Source: an uncultured Clostridiaceae bacterium (GTDB taxonomy: Bacteria; Bacillota; Clostridia; TANB77; CAG-465). Taken from it: DNA of 64,000 nt. Both the position numbers and the translations under genes were made by a program. Positions 1 through 8,782 of the stretch are shown here, in pieces. The stretch covers positions 63 to 64,062 of the forward strand of contig CANCXL010000009.1 in the NCBI GenBank assembly GCA_947381905.1. Direction: 5' to 3'. Numbering within the stretch: position 1 is the stretch's first letter; every line of letters begins with the position of its first letter. The notes beneath the pieces were generated by a model that was not told the DNA's origin, made no database searches, and saw only the letters and a list, made by a program, of their open reading frames with translations.

Positions 1-145
1 TAAGTTCTGGCTCTCTTAAAAATTCTATTTCATCTCCTATTTTTATCCCTTTTCTTTTTTGATCTAAAAGCCTTAATTCAATTATCTTTGTTCCATTTTT
101 TACACATTCATAATACTTAGGCTGTAACTTTAATGTATGTTTCAT
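1..145 (-). CDS. ASCH-domain protein, 5' part only (runs off the window)
   Basis: Manual translation from ATG at 145 with AAGGAG RBS: MKHTLKLQPKYYECVKNGTKIIELRLLDQKRKGIKIGDEIEF, containing the ASCH-type GxKxxExR motif. Confidence 0.8.
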   Translation of the reverse strand, partial: MKHTLKLQPKYYECVKNGTKIIELRLLDQKRKGIKIGDEIEFLREPEL

Positions 146-204
146 TTTATATTTCTCCTTTTTGAGTTATTATATCATTTTGTATATTACTATTCAACAT
201 ATAA

Positions 205-227
205 AGGCTAATGCATTGCATTAGCCT
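205..227. terminator. Intrinsic terminator downstream of 273..1886
   Basis: Inverted repeat AGGCTAATGCA-T-TGCATTAGCCT flanked by A/T tracts. Confidence 0.7.
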
Positions 228-272
228 CTTTAGTTATATTAATTTTTTTATATTTTATTAAAATATTAATCT

Positions 273-1886
273 CTACTCTTTATCTATTTGATCATCAAGC
301 ATTTGCTTAATATCTTCATCTGTTAAATTTTCAAAAATATTAAATGTAAGTTCATCTTTAGGCCCATCATTTTTATCTAAATCTACAAGTTTTATTCCGC
401 TTTGCTCTGGTTGTGTATTTCCTATAGTTTCAACACTATCTGCTCTAACACTTCCAGTTCTTCCTATTCTTGTTTTATTATTTATGACTGGCTCATCTAA
501 TAATTCAACTTTTGGTGGCTCAATTTTAACATGTTCTTGCATTGCTTGTATATTATCTGGTAACTCTTCTTTTTCATTGTCTTTTTCAAATTTTAGTATT
601 GTTTTATCTGTAGGATTATTGTCATCTGGATCATTATTATTATTTTCCATTTTATTAATTTTTCTTCTTAATAAAACTATATTAATAAATTCAGCTAGTA
701 CTAATATATACATAATAACAAGTAAATAATTTTTCTTTATAGCTGCCCATATGTATTTTAAATATGATAATACAAGTTCTTTTTTTCCTTGAGACTCATG
801 AATTTGTTTTAAATGATCTTTCATATCTTGTTTTGAGACTTCATCTTCTGTTGCCTCTTTAACACTATATTTAACTTTATATTCTTTAACAGTTATGCCA
901 TCTGGTGCAGTTACTTTTATTATTATTTCGCCGTCTCCAGATTCTACTAATTTATCTGCCCCAATAATTTCAACTTTAGCATCTTTATCTTTTGCCTCAG
1001 CAACTATATTTAGAGATTTTATGGTAGATAAAATTTCTCCTATATTATATTCCAAAGCTTCAGCTTGAAACTCTTTATTAAGATTATATCCTTCAATTAC
1101 CAAACCGCCCAAAAAAGCATCCGCTTTTGATTTATCTTGAACTTTAGTAACTATTATTGTGTATATTCTATAATAACCATTTTCTGCTGTAACTTTAATA
1201 TTAATTTCATTATTTCCTTCTTTTAAGTTGTTATTACCGCTTATTTCAACTCTTGCATTTTCATCTTCTGCCCTTGCAAGTATCTCTATATCATTAACAT
1301 TTTCCCCTACTGTAATAGCATAATCTGTAATATTTCTTGTAAAGTATGGTGTAAGTCCTTCTTCACTAATTTGAAGATACTTTAAATAATTATTTCCACT
1401 TGCTGTTTGAGAGCCTGTATTTACATTTCCTTGTGAAGGCGTAGTTGTCGTTGGCTTTTCTACAGGTGTTTCTGCTTTTTTTGAAACATTTATTAGTTTT
1501 TCTGCTGCAATTGTTCCTATAGGATCCATCGCATCATTTGCACTTACAGCACCATTTACTGTTACAGAAATTCTTCCACTTCCTTCATTTACTGCTTTAA
1601 AAGTGTATGTTTTAGTACTTATTCCATATTGTTCGTTAGTAGCATCATACCAAGCAAGTTCTTTTAAACTATCTCCTGATACATATTCTAATACATGTGA
1701 ATCATAGCCTACAGTTATATCATCATATGCGCCTACATTTTGTCCAAAGTTAAATGTTACTGTAACTGTATCACCAACATAAACATTTGAATTACCATTT
1801 ATACTTGCTGCATATACATTAAAACTTGTAAATAAAATAATGGTTAGTATTGCTATTATAACTTTATTTAATATTTTTTTATTCAT
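273..1886 (-). CDS. Membrane-anchored surface protein: cohesin-like N-terminal domain, two cadherin-like beta-sandwich domains, C-terminal TM
   Basis: Signal peptide; VYVGDTVTVTF...YDSHVLEYVSG cohesin-like pattern; Thr/Pro linker; repeated NxL..L.I...L.P.F....Y / I.VTAENG..R.Y.I domains; TM YLLVIMYILVLAEFINIVLLRR. Confidence 0.7.
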   Translation of the reverse strand: MNKKILNKVIIAILTIILFTSFNVYAASINGNSNVYVGDTVTVTFNFGQNVGAYDDITVGYDSHVLEYVSGDSLKELAWYDATNEQYGISTKTYTFKAVNEGSGRISVTVNGAVSANDAMDPIGTIAAEKLINVSKKAETPVEKPTTTTPSQGNVNTGSQTASGNNYLKYLQISEEGLTPYFTRNITDYAITVGENVNDIEILARAEDENARVEISGNNNLKEGNNEINIKVTAENGYYRIYTIIVTKVQDKSKADAFLGGLVIEGYNLNKEFQAEALEYNIGEILSTIKSLNIVAEAKDKDAKVEIIGADKLVESGDGEIIIKVTAPDGITVKEYKVKYSVKEATEDEVSKQDMKDHLKQIHESQGKKELVLSYLKYIWAAIKKNYLLVIMYILVLAEFINIVLLRRKINKMENNNNDPDDNNPTDKTILKFEKDNEKEELPDNIQAMQEHVKIEPPKVELLDEPVINNKTRIGRTGSVRADSVETIGNTQPEQSGIKLVDLDKNDGPKDELTFNIFENLTDEDIKQMLDDQIDKE

Positions 1887-1899
1887 ATTTCTCCCCCGA

Positions 1900-2481
1900 T
1901 TAATATAATAATTCTCTTAACTCCTTTTCTACATATTTGTATGTATCAAAAAGATCTAAATCTTGTGTATCTATATATTTCTTATGCAATATACAAAATA
2001 CATTACATAGATTTACAAATGGTTCAAGCTTTTGTGCTGCTCTAGGATTTGTTGTTTTCCCATAATATCTAATATTATATACAAACTTTATATCTGCAAG
2101 TTCTCTATCTGCTAAAATATTATTAACATTATAAAAATTAGTTGCAAGTTCTAAATCTAATTGTTCTATTGCCTCTTTAATTTTTCCTTGCTCTTCTAAA
2201 TCTTTCCAGTTTATGTCTAAAGTTATATAATCTATATCTGGCTTAAAAGGTGGATTTAGAAACTTAACAAAATTTGCAACATATAATAAAGTCTCCTCTT
2301 CCATTTGCTCTTTAATATCTATATCTGTTCTTAATTTATATTCTTCTTTTTTAGTGTCATTGTTTTTAAAGAATTCTCTAAAATCTTCTGGTATTTGTTC
2401 TTTACATGGTCTTGGTAACATCTCAATTATTTGATTTACTTGTGATATAACTTTTTCGCTTGGTTTCTTGTTAAAATCCAT
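1900..2481 (-). CDS. Hypothetical protein
   Basis: 193-aa ORF with GAAGG RBS, tightly packed in an operon. Confidence 0.75.
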   Translation of the reverse strand: MDFNKKPSEKVISQVNQIIEMLPRPCKEQIPEDFREFFKNNDTKKEEYKLRTDIDIKEQMEEETLLYVANFVKFLNPPFKPDIDYITLDINWKDLEEQGKIKEAIEQLDLELATNFYNVNNILADRELADIKFVYNIRYYGKTTNPRAAQKLEPFVNLCNVFCILHKKYIDTQDLDLFDTYKYVEKELRELLY

Positions 2482-2500
2482 ATTTTACCTTCTTTCTTTT

Positions 2501-3364
2501 TTATGTTCTTTCATCTTTTTCATTTTCTTCTATATAGCTTTTTTTAGCTTTACTAAATTCGCTATCACTTATCTCAAGTACAGTTTTTAAGTTTTCTGCC
2601 ATTTCTGGAGAGAAATTTCTCTCATCTACTAATTCTTTTACAATTTGAAGTCTACTTTTTTCATCATATATTTTTCTTTTATTTCTTTCGTAGTAATCTA
2701 GCGCAGCTCTTAAATTATTTTCCTCGCCACATGGAAGCATTTGTATTAAATAATTATGTGGCATATTTTTTCTATCCATTTTAGCATTATTCATTAATAT
2801 TTCAGAAACAAATCTTCCTTCTTTTTCTAATTTATATGGATATGGGTCTATGTTCATTTCTTCAAGTTTATCTGATGTATCTCTATCAGTATGCCATGAT
2901 ACTTGTCCAACATATGGTATATCTACAACATAGACATAGCCATTTCCTCTTAATTTTGTATCATCTACATAACTACCAGATATAATATCCATTTCATTTC
3001 TATTTTCTTGGATTTGTGATTCAATGTTTTTTATTCCAGCCCCTTTTATATAAAATGTATTTCTTTTCATTTTTCTATCCTTACAATCATGAGCAATATT
3101 ATTACAAGCATCTGTAATTAAAGACATATATAATGTATATTGTGTTAAATCTACATTTTCATCTGTATCTAATAATTCTTCAAGGTATGTTAACTCTCTT
3201 ACTGCAACAGCATATCTACTATCATAGTCTATATTATTTTTAGTGATTTCTTTAATACTATTTTTTAATATACTTGAAGCTTTTTTTATATTATTAGGTT
3301 CAAAGTTATGATAAGTGCTATTAGAAACAATATCTAACGCTTTTCTTAAATCAAAATTATTCAT
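2501..3364 (-). CDS. Hypothetical protein (contains VDIPYVGQVSWH motif)
   Basis: 287-aa ORF, AAGGAG RBS overlapping the end of the upstream gene. Confidence 0.75.
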   Translation of the reverse strand: MNNFDLRKALDIVSNSTYHNFEPNNIKKASSILKNSIKEITKNNIDYDSRYAVAVRELTYLEELLDTDENVDLTQYTLYMSLITDACNNIAHDCKDRKMKRNTFYIKGAGIKNIESQIQENRNEMDIISGSYVDDTKLRGNGYVYVVDIPYVGQVSWHTDRDTSDKLEEMNIDPYPYKLEKEGRFVSEILMNNAKMDRKNMPHNYLIQMLPCGEENNLRAALDYYERNKRKIYDEKSRLQIVKELVDERNFSPEMAENLKTVLEISDSEFSKAKKSYIEENEKDERT

Positions 3365-3366
3365 TA

Positions 3367-3747
3367 CTACTCCTTTAATTTTTTTATTTTTCTAGTTATT
3401 AATTTATATGCAACTTCTATATCTTTAAGCAATAACTTATCTGGATAATCAAAATCTTCTTCATAGTTTGATTCTTCGTACGCAGCTATCGTACCACACA
3501 CTATTATTCCACATTCTCTAAAATCATCTAAAAAGGATAAGCTAATTTTTTCATTATTTTCCATTTTATATAAAAATGATAAGTCGCCAATTTCAAAATA
3601 TTTATTTTCATCTAAATAAATATTTGAGTATTTATTATGTACTCTTAAAAGATTGTATGCGATTTCATCATGTAGCGCATATGCTGCCTCTTTATACTTT
3701 TTTTGTTTTTTTAATTCTTTCCAATTATTTAATGCAATATATTCCAT
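3367..3747 (-). CDS. Hypothetical protein, tandem paralog of 3769..4146
   Basis: 126 aa, GAGGAGG RBS; near-identical sequence to neighbour. Confidence 0.8.
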   Translation of the reverse strand: MEYIALNNWKELKKQKKYKEAAYALHDEIAYNLLRVHNKYSNIYLDENKYFEIGDLSFLYKMENNEKISLSFLDDFRECGIIVCGTIAAYEESNYEEDFDYPDKLLLKDIEVAYKLITRKIKKLKE

Positions 3748-3768
3748 TTTTTCCTCCTCATATAATTA

Positions 3769-4146
3769 TTATTTTAATTTTTTAATAGACCTTAATATTT
3801 TTTTATAACCTTTTTCTACCTCTTTAAACAATAATTTATCTGGATAATCAAAATCTCCTTCATAGTTTGATTCTTCATAAGCGGCTATCGCACCACATAC
3901 TATTATTCCACATTCTCTAAAATCATCTAAAAAGGATAATATAACTTTTTCATTATTTTCCATTTTATATAAAAAAGATAAATCGCCAATTTCAAAATAT
4001 TTATTTTCATCTAAATAAATATTTGAGTATTTATTGTGAACTCTTAAAAGATTATGCGCAACTTCCTCATATAATGCATATGCTGCCTCTTTATATTTTT
4101 TTTGTTTTTTTAATTCATTCCAATTATTTAATGCAATATATTCCAT
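3769..4146 (-). CDS. Hypothetical protein, tandem paralog of 3367..3747
   Basis: 125 aa, AGGAG RBS; near-identical sequence to neighbour. Confidence 0.8.
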   Translation of the reverse strand: MEYIALNNWNELKKQKKYKEAAYALYEEVAHNLLRVHNKYSNIYLDENKYFEIGDLSFLYKMENNEKVILSFLDDFRECGIIVCGAIAAYEESNYEGDFDYPDKLLFKEVEKGYKKILRSIKKLK

Positions 4147-4154
4147 TTTTTCTC

Positions 4155-6413
4155 CTACTGTTCAATTACATATTTACCTAAAATATGTCTTTGAATTTTT
4201 AATAAGTCTGCAGCTTTTGGTGCTTGACTTACCTTATCTATAATTGATGCTTTAACTTGTATGCTCTTAAGCTCTGTTTTTCCAATAATATATCTTTGAA
4301 GCATAAGTAAATCTCTAGCATTTATTATTCCATTTCCATCAACATCACCATATATAACAATTGTATACTCTTCTACCTTTTTACCATTTTCTAAAAATTC
4401 AATTGTTGTTCCTGTACCTACTTTGTCTGTATCTTTTAACTCTTTTTGTGAAATATCTTTTATTTTTATTTCATATGTAGTATCTATATTACTCTTTATT
4501 GTTTTTACACTATTATTATTTAAATCTACATTTGAAATAATTTCATTTTCTAGTCTTAAATTATTTACAACTATTTTGTTTTCATCTGTAGTTCTAGTAA
4601 CATTTATAGTAGCTGTTGCTTTATATCCGCCATCATTTGTAGTAAATGTAATAATTGCCTTGCCTTCAGATACAGCTTTTACTGTCTTTCCTTCTACTGC
4701 TGCAACATTTGTATCAGATGATGAAATTGTATATTCTTTATTACTTGCATCAGCTGGTGTAATTGTTGGTGCAATATTTATTGTATCTCCAATTTTTAAG
4801 TAATAATTATCTTTTGGTAATGTAATTGCTGTAACTTTAGATGATTTTACATTTAAAGTACACATTGCAGTCTTGTTTTGATCAATTGTTGTAACAGTAA
4901 TTGTTACTACTCCAGCTTTTTTTGCTGTAACTTTGCCATTACTATCTACTGTTGCAATAGATTCATCTGAAGACGACCATTTTACATTCTTATTTTCAGC
5001 ATTGCTTGGTGAAATTGTTGCCTTTAGAGTAACTACATCTCCAACATTTACATTTTTATATGTAGTATCAAGGCTTACGCCATTTACTTTATTGTAATTA
5101 TATTCATAAACCCATTTGTGTAATATATATCCGATTCTTCCATCATCATATTGGATTTTATCATAAAGAGTATTTTTACCTATACCAATCCTTGTAAACT
5201 TAGTTCTATTTGCTGCGCCATCTCTTGTCTCATATAATACGTCCATTACTGTTGCAATTGTATCTGGACCAGTTCTTATCCAAAACTCATCTGTAACTCC
5301 TGAGTCTGATGGATCATCTAAATATACTCTTGTATTATCTTTTTCAAAATATACATCATTTGGTAAAGGAATTGACTCTGGTTCATTGTTCATATTCTCA
5401 TATACTGGTATATGAAATTCAAAAGGACTATTTAACATACCATATGAATCATAAGTGTTATATGACATTAAAGCCTCAGTTTTGGCACCAAAAATATTAG
5501 TCATATAACCTGTTCCTAGAAGCCATTGTGCAGTTCCTGGATTATTTACATCAAAGCGTTCAAAGTATATAGTATCTTGTCCCCATTTTACATATTTATT
5601 ATATATATATTGTACTCCGCCCATTATTGCAGTTGGTATATCTGTCCAACCTTCTTTTCTTGCATAATTTAATCCATTTGTTATTGCATTTGCTGTACTT
5701 GTGTCATATGCACCAATATTGAAGAAATTATATACTCCATAATCTCCATTAATCAAGCTTCCGTTAACTATATTTCCACTGTTTTCTTGTCTGATTCTTG
5801 CTGCAATATGAACTGGATTTATTCCAACTTGTTTAGATAAAGAATGAATAAGTTCTGCATAAGTTGTACCCAAATCCTTCCACTGACCATATAATTTATA
5901 TTGAGACTTATATGCTCCACCCATAGGTGTTGCTGCAAGTATTCCTTGTACTGCGTTTACTGTTTGAGTTGCCTCTGAAAAACTCAATGTTTCAAATTGG
6001 AAAATACCATTTTCATTAATAAAATTACGTGGATCTAGCACATATGCTACACCTTGTTTAGAAGCTGTAACATATGCACCATCTTTATAGTAATTTTGTC
6101 CATCACGTTTCCATTCAGATGCAAATATATCTTGAACTAAACTTATTCCATCGTTTACTTCATATGTCTCATGGGACAATGCAGTATTCCAATCAAGTCC
6201 TGTATGTACTGCTTTAAATACCCAATTTGGATGCTTTGCTTTTAATGCCTCAATATATGGCTTATATGAGTCTGGAAAATTCTCATCTATATATGAAACT
6301 GGCAAGTCCGAATATATTGCCGCCTTTACTTTTCCTAAATCTATTGTTGACATTAAAATACAAAGTATTAGTAATGATATAAACATTCTAAAACCTAGTC
6401 TTTTATTATTCAT
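4155..6413 (-). CDS. Secreted peptidoglycan hydrolase (glucosaminidase-like) with Ig-like (Big_2) repeats and C-terminal dockerin
   Basis: Signal peptide; ARIRQE and YNFFNIGAYD glucosaminidase motifs; WSSSDESIATVD Big_2 repeats; YGDVDGNGIINARDLLMLQRYI...ADLLKIQRHILG dockerin duplicated motif. Confidence 0.85.
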   Translation of the reverse strand: MNNKRLGFRMFISLLILCILMSTIDLGKVKAAIYSDLPVSYIDENFPDSYKPYIEALKAKHPNWVFKAVHTGLDWNTALSHETYEVNDGISLVQDIFASEWKRDGQNYYKDGAYVTASKQGVAYVLDPRNFINENGIFQFETLSFSEATQTVNAVQGILAATPMGGAYKSQYKLYGQWKDLGTTYAELIHSLSKQVGINPVHIAARIRQENSGNIVNGSLINGDYGVYNFFNIGAYDTSTANAITNGLNYARKEGWTDIPTAIMGGVQYIYNKYVKWGQDTIYFERFDVNNPGTAQWLLGTGYMTNIFGAKTEALMSYNTYDSYGMLNSPFEFHIPVYENMNNEPESIPLPNDVYFEKDNTRVYLDDPSDSGVTDEFWIRTGPDTIATVMDVLYETRDGAANRTKFTRIGIGKNTLYDKIQYDDGRIGYILHKWVYEYNYNKVNGVSLDTTYKNVNVGDVVTLKATISPSNAENKNVKWSSSDESIATVDSNGKVTAKKAGVVTITVTTIDQNKTAMCTLNVKSSKVTAITLPKDNYYLKIGDTINIAPTITPADASNKEYTISSSDTNVAAVEGKTVKAVSEGKAIITFTTNDGGYKATATINVTRTTDENKIVVNNLRLENEIISNVDLNNNSVKTIKSNIDTTYEIKIKDISQKELKDTDKVGTGTTIEFLENGKKVEEYTIVIYGDVDGNGIINARDLLMLQRYIIGKTELKSIQVKASIIDKVSQAPKAADLLKIQRHILGKYVIEQ

Positions 6414-6612
6414 TTCTCCCCCTTATGACATTAATCGCCATTTTATATAAAAATTATATCATAAACCAATACTTTGTCAAAGATTTTACTATAAATTAAT
6501 ACTAGTGTTACTTATATATTTCAAACTTTCACATTTCTATCATAATTTAGCATTTTTAAGTATATTTGTGTTTTTATAGTTACATAATCCAAATTTTACC
6601 AAAATTAATCAT

Positions 6613-6641
6613 TTGACAATACTTTTTGTATATATTATAAT
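6613..6641 (+). promoter_or_regulatory. Sigma-A promoter of glmS
   Basis: TTGACA-N17-TATAAT. Confidence 0.8.
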
Positions 6642-6689
6642 GAGCTCAAAGTGTAATGATTGTGGGAGGTGAATGTTTTAGGCAAAAAT

Positions 6690-6838
6690 TACTCTTAGCG
6701 CATGGGCACATAATACTTTGTGTTGACGAGGATGATAGTTATCGAATAATCAGCGGATGCTATCACGGCAGTTAGTAGTCGTAAAAATATAGAAAAAAAG
6801 CAAAATCGGTATTGTAACAAATCTATATTTACACTAAA
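6690..6838 (+). ncRNA. glmS ribozyme (GlcN6P-activated riboswitch-ribozyme)
   Basis: AGCGC...P1...TTGACGAGG...TTATCGAA...TCAGCGGATGC...CGG core directly upstream of glmS. Confidence 0.92.
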
Positions 6839-6887
6839 AAAATTGAAATTGTACATTGAAAATTTAAAAATTAGGAGGTAATAAAAA

Positions 6888-8696
6888 ATGTGTGGAATAA
6901 TTGGATACACTACTAGAAAAGACAATTCAGTTGAAGTTGCCGTTAATGGCTTAAAAAATTTAGAATATAGAGGTTATGATTCTTCTGGTATCGCATTTTT
7001 TGACGGAGAAAAAATCGATATTGTAAAAGCTAAAGGGAAAATTGCAAATTTAGATGATAAATTAGCAAGTCAAGATACAAAAGCTTGCTGTGCTATTGCA
7101 CATACTAGATGGGCGACTCATGGAGAACCAAATGAAGCTAATGCTCACCCACATAACGTAGGAAAAGTAACATTAGTTCATAATGGTATTATTGAAAACT
7201 ATGCTGTTTTAAAGGAAGATTTAAAAGCAAAAGGATATAGCTTTAACTCTGATACAGATACAGAAGTTGCAGCAGCATATCTAGACTACTGCTACAGTCA
7301 AACTGGAGATAAATTACAAGCTCTTGTTGATGCTTGTGACTCAATAAGAGGTTCTTATGCTTTTGACGTAATTTATGAAGATGAACCAACTACAATCTAT
7401 GCAACAAGAAAAGATAGTCCTCTTGTTGTTGGATATGCTCATGATGGAAATTTTGCAGCATCAGATATATCTGCTATATTAGATTATACAAATAAATATT
7501 CTTTAATTAATGAAGGTGAATTTGTTAAAATTACTAAAGACATCGTTACATTCTATGATAAAGATTTAAATAAAATAGAAAAGAAATCTGAAACTGCTAC
7601 TTGGGATGCTAATCAATATCAAAAAAATGGTTATGATCATTTTATGCTAAAAGAAATATATGAACAACCTAAAGTAATAAATGATATATTTGAAAGATAC
7701 TACACTGATTGCTCATATAAAGATATAGACTTCTCTAAATTTGATAAAATCCATATTGTAGCTTGTGGAAGTGCAATGCATGCTTCTCTTGTTGGTAAAT
7801 ATCTTTTACAAACATATGGAAAAATACCAGTAATGGTAGAAATTGCATCTGAATATAGATACTCAGAAGAATTAATTACTCCTTCTACCCTACTTATCGT
7901 TGTTTCTCAATCAGGTGAAACAGCAGATACTCTTGCAGCTCTTCGTCTTGCAAAAGAAAAAGGTGCATATGTTGTAGGAATAGTAAATGCTGTAGGTTCT
8001 ACTATTGCAAGAGAGGTAGATAAATGTATCTATACATATGCTGGTCCTGAAATTGCTGTTGCAACTACTAAAGGATATACATCTCAAGTTGCAATATTTT
8101 CTACTCTAGCTTTAATGGCTATGGAAGAAAAAGGATATTTAACTCAAGAGACAGCAAAAGAAATTAAAGAAGATATGCTTTCTATTGAGCCTAAAATAAA
8201 TGATGTTATAGCAAATAGAGAAAAATATTTAGATATAGCAAATGATATATATAATCATAATGACTTATTCTTCCTTGGAAGAGGAATAGATTCTAGTGTA
8301 TGCATGGAAGGTTCTTTAAAACTTAAAGAAATCTCATATATGCATTCTGAATCATATAGTGCAGGTGAATTAAAACATGGTACTATATCATTAATAGATA
8401 AAGGTACTCCTGTTATATCTATTGCAACAGATGAAAAACTATTTGAAAAAACTGTAAGTAATATTAAAGAGACTAAAGCTCGTGGCTCATACTCTATCTT
8501 TGTTACTACAGAAAATCATGGAGATGATCATTCTGAATTTGCAGATAAAACAATAATTTTACCAAAGACAACAGATTTTACAGAACCAATTTTAACAGTT
8601 GTAGCACTTCAACTTGTTGCTTATGAAACTGCTAAATTAAGAGGTTGTGACATTGACAAACCAAGAAATCTTGCAAAATCTGTTACAGTTGAATAG
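6888..8696 (+). CDS. glmS: Glutamine-fructose-6-phosphate transaminase
   Basis: MCGIIG start, LEYRGYDS, HTRWATHG, SQSGET, C-terminal PRNLAKSVTVE. Confidence 0.98.
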   Translation: MCGIIGYTTRKDNSVEVAVNGLKNLEYRGYDSSGIAFFDGEKIDIVKAKGKIANLDDKLASQDTKACCAIAHTRWATHGEPNEANAHPHNVGKVTLVHNGIIENYAVLKEDLKAKGYSFNSDTDTEVAAAYLDYCYSQTGDKLQALVDACDSIRGSYAFDVIYEDEPTTIYATRKDSPLVVGYAHDGNFAASDISAILDYTNKYSLINEGEFVKITKDIVTFYDKDLNKIEKKSETATWDANQYQKNGYDHFMLKEIYEQPKVINDIFERYYTDCSYKDIDFSKFDKIHIVACGSAMHASLVGKYLLQTYGKIPVMVEIASEYRYSEELITPSTLLIVVSQSGETADTLAALRLAKEKGAYVVGIVNAVGSTIAREVDKCIYTYAGPEIAVATTKGYTSQVAIFSTLALMAMEEKGYLTQETAKEIKEDMLSIEPKINDVIANREKYLDIANDIYNHNDLFFLGRGIDSSVCMEGSLKLKEISYMHSESYSAGELKHGTISLIDKGTPVISIATDEKLFEKTVSNIKETKARGSYSIFVTTENHGDDHSEFADKTIILPKTTDFTEPILTVVALQLVAYETAKLRGCDIDKPRNLAKSVTVE

Positions 8697-8705
8697 AAAT
8701 TTTTT

Positions 8706-8731
8706 GCCAGTGTTTTTTAGCACTGGCTTTT
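8706..8731 (+). terminator. Intrinsic terminator after glmS
   Basis: GCCAGTG-loop-CACTGGC followed by TTTT. Confidence 0.7.
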
Positions 8732-8782
8732 ATTATATAATATAATACTAATATATATTTACTTTATGAAAGAGGTGTTAAT

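Noticed and set aside
6664-6681. GGGAGGTGA-ATG-TTT-TAG micro-uORF ahead of the glmS ribozyme
   Set aside because: SD-to-ATG spacing is too short for efficient initiation
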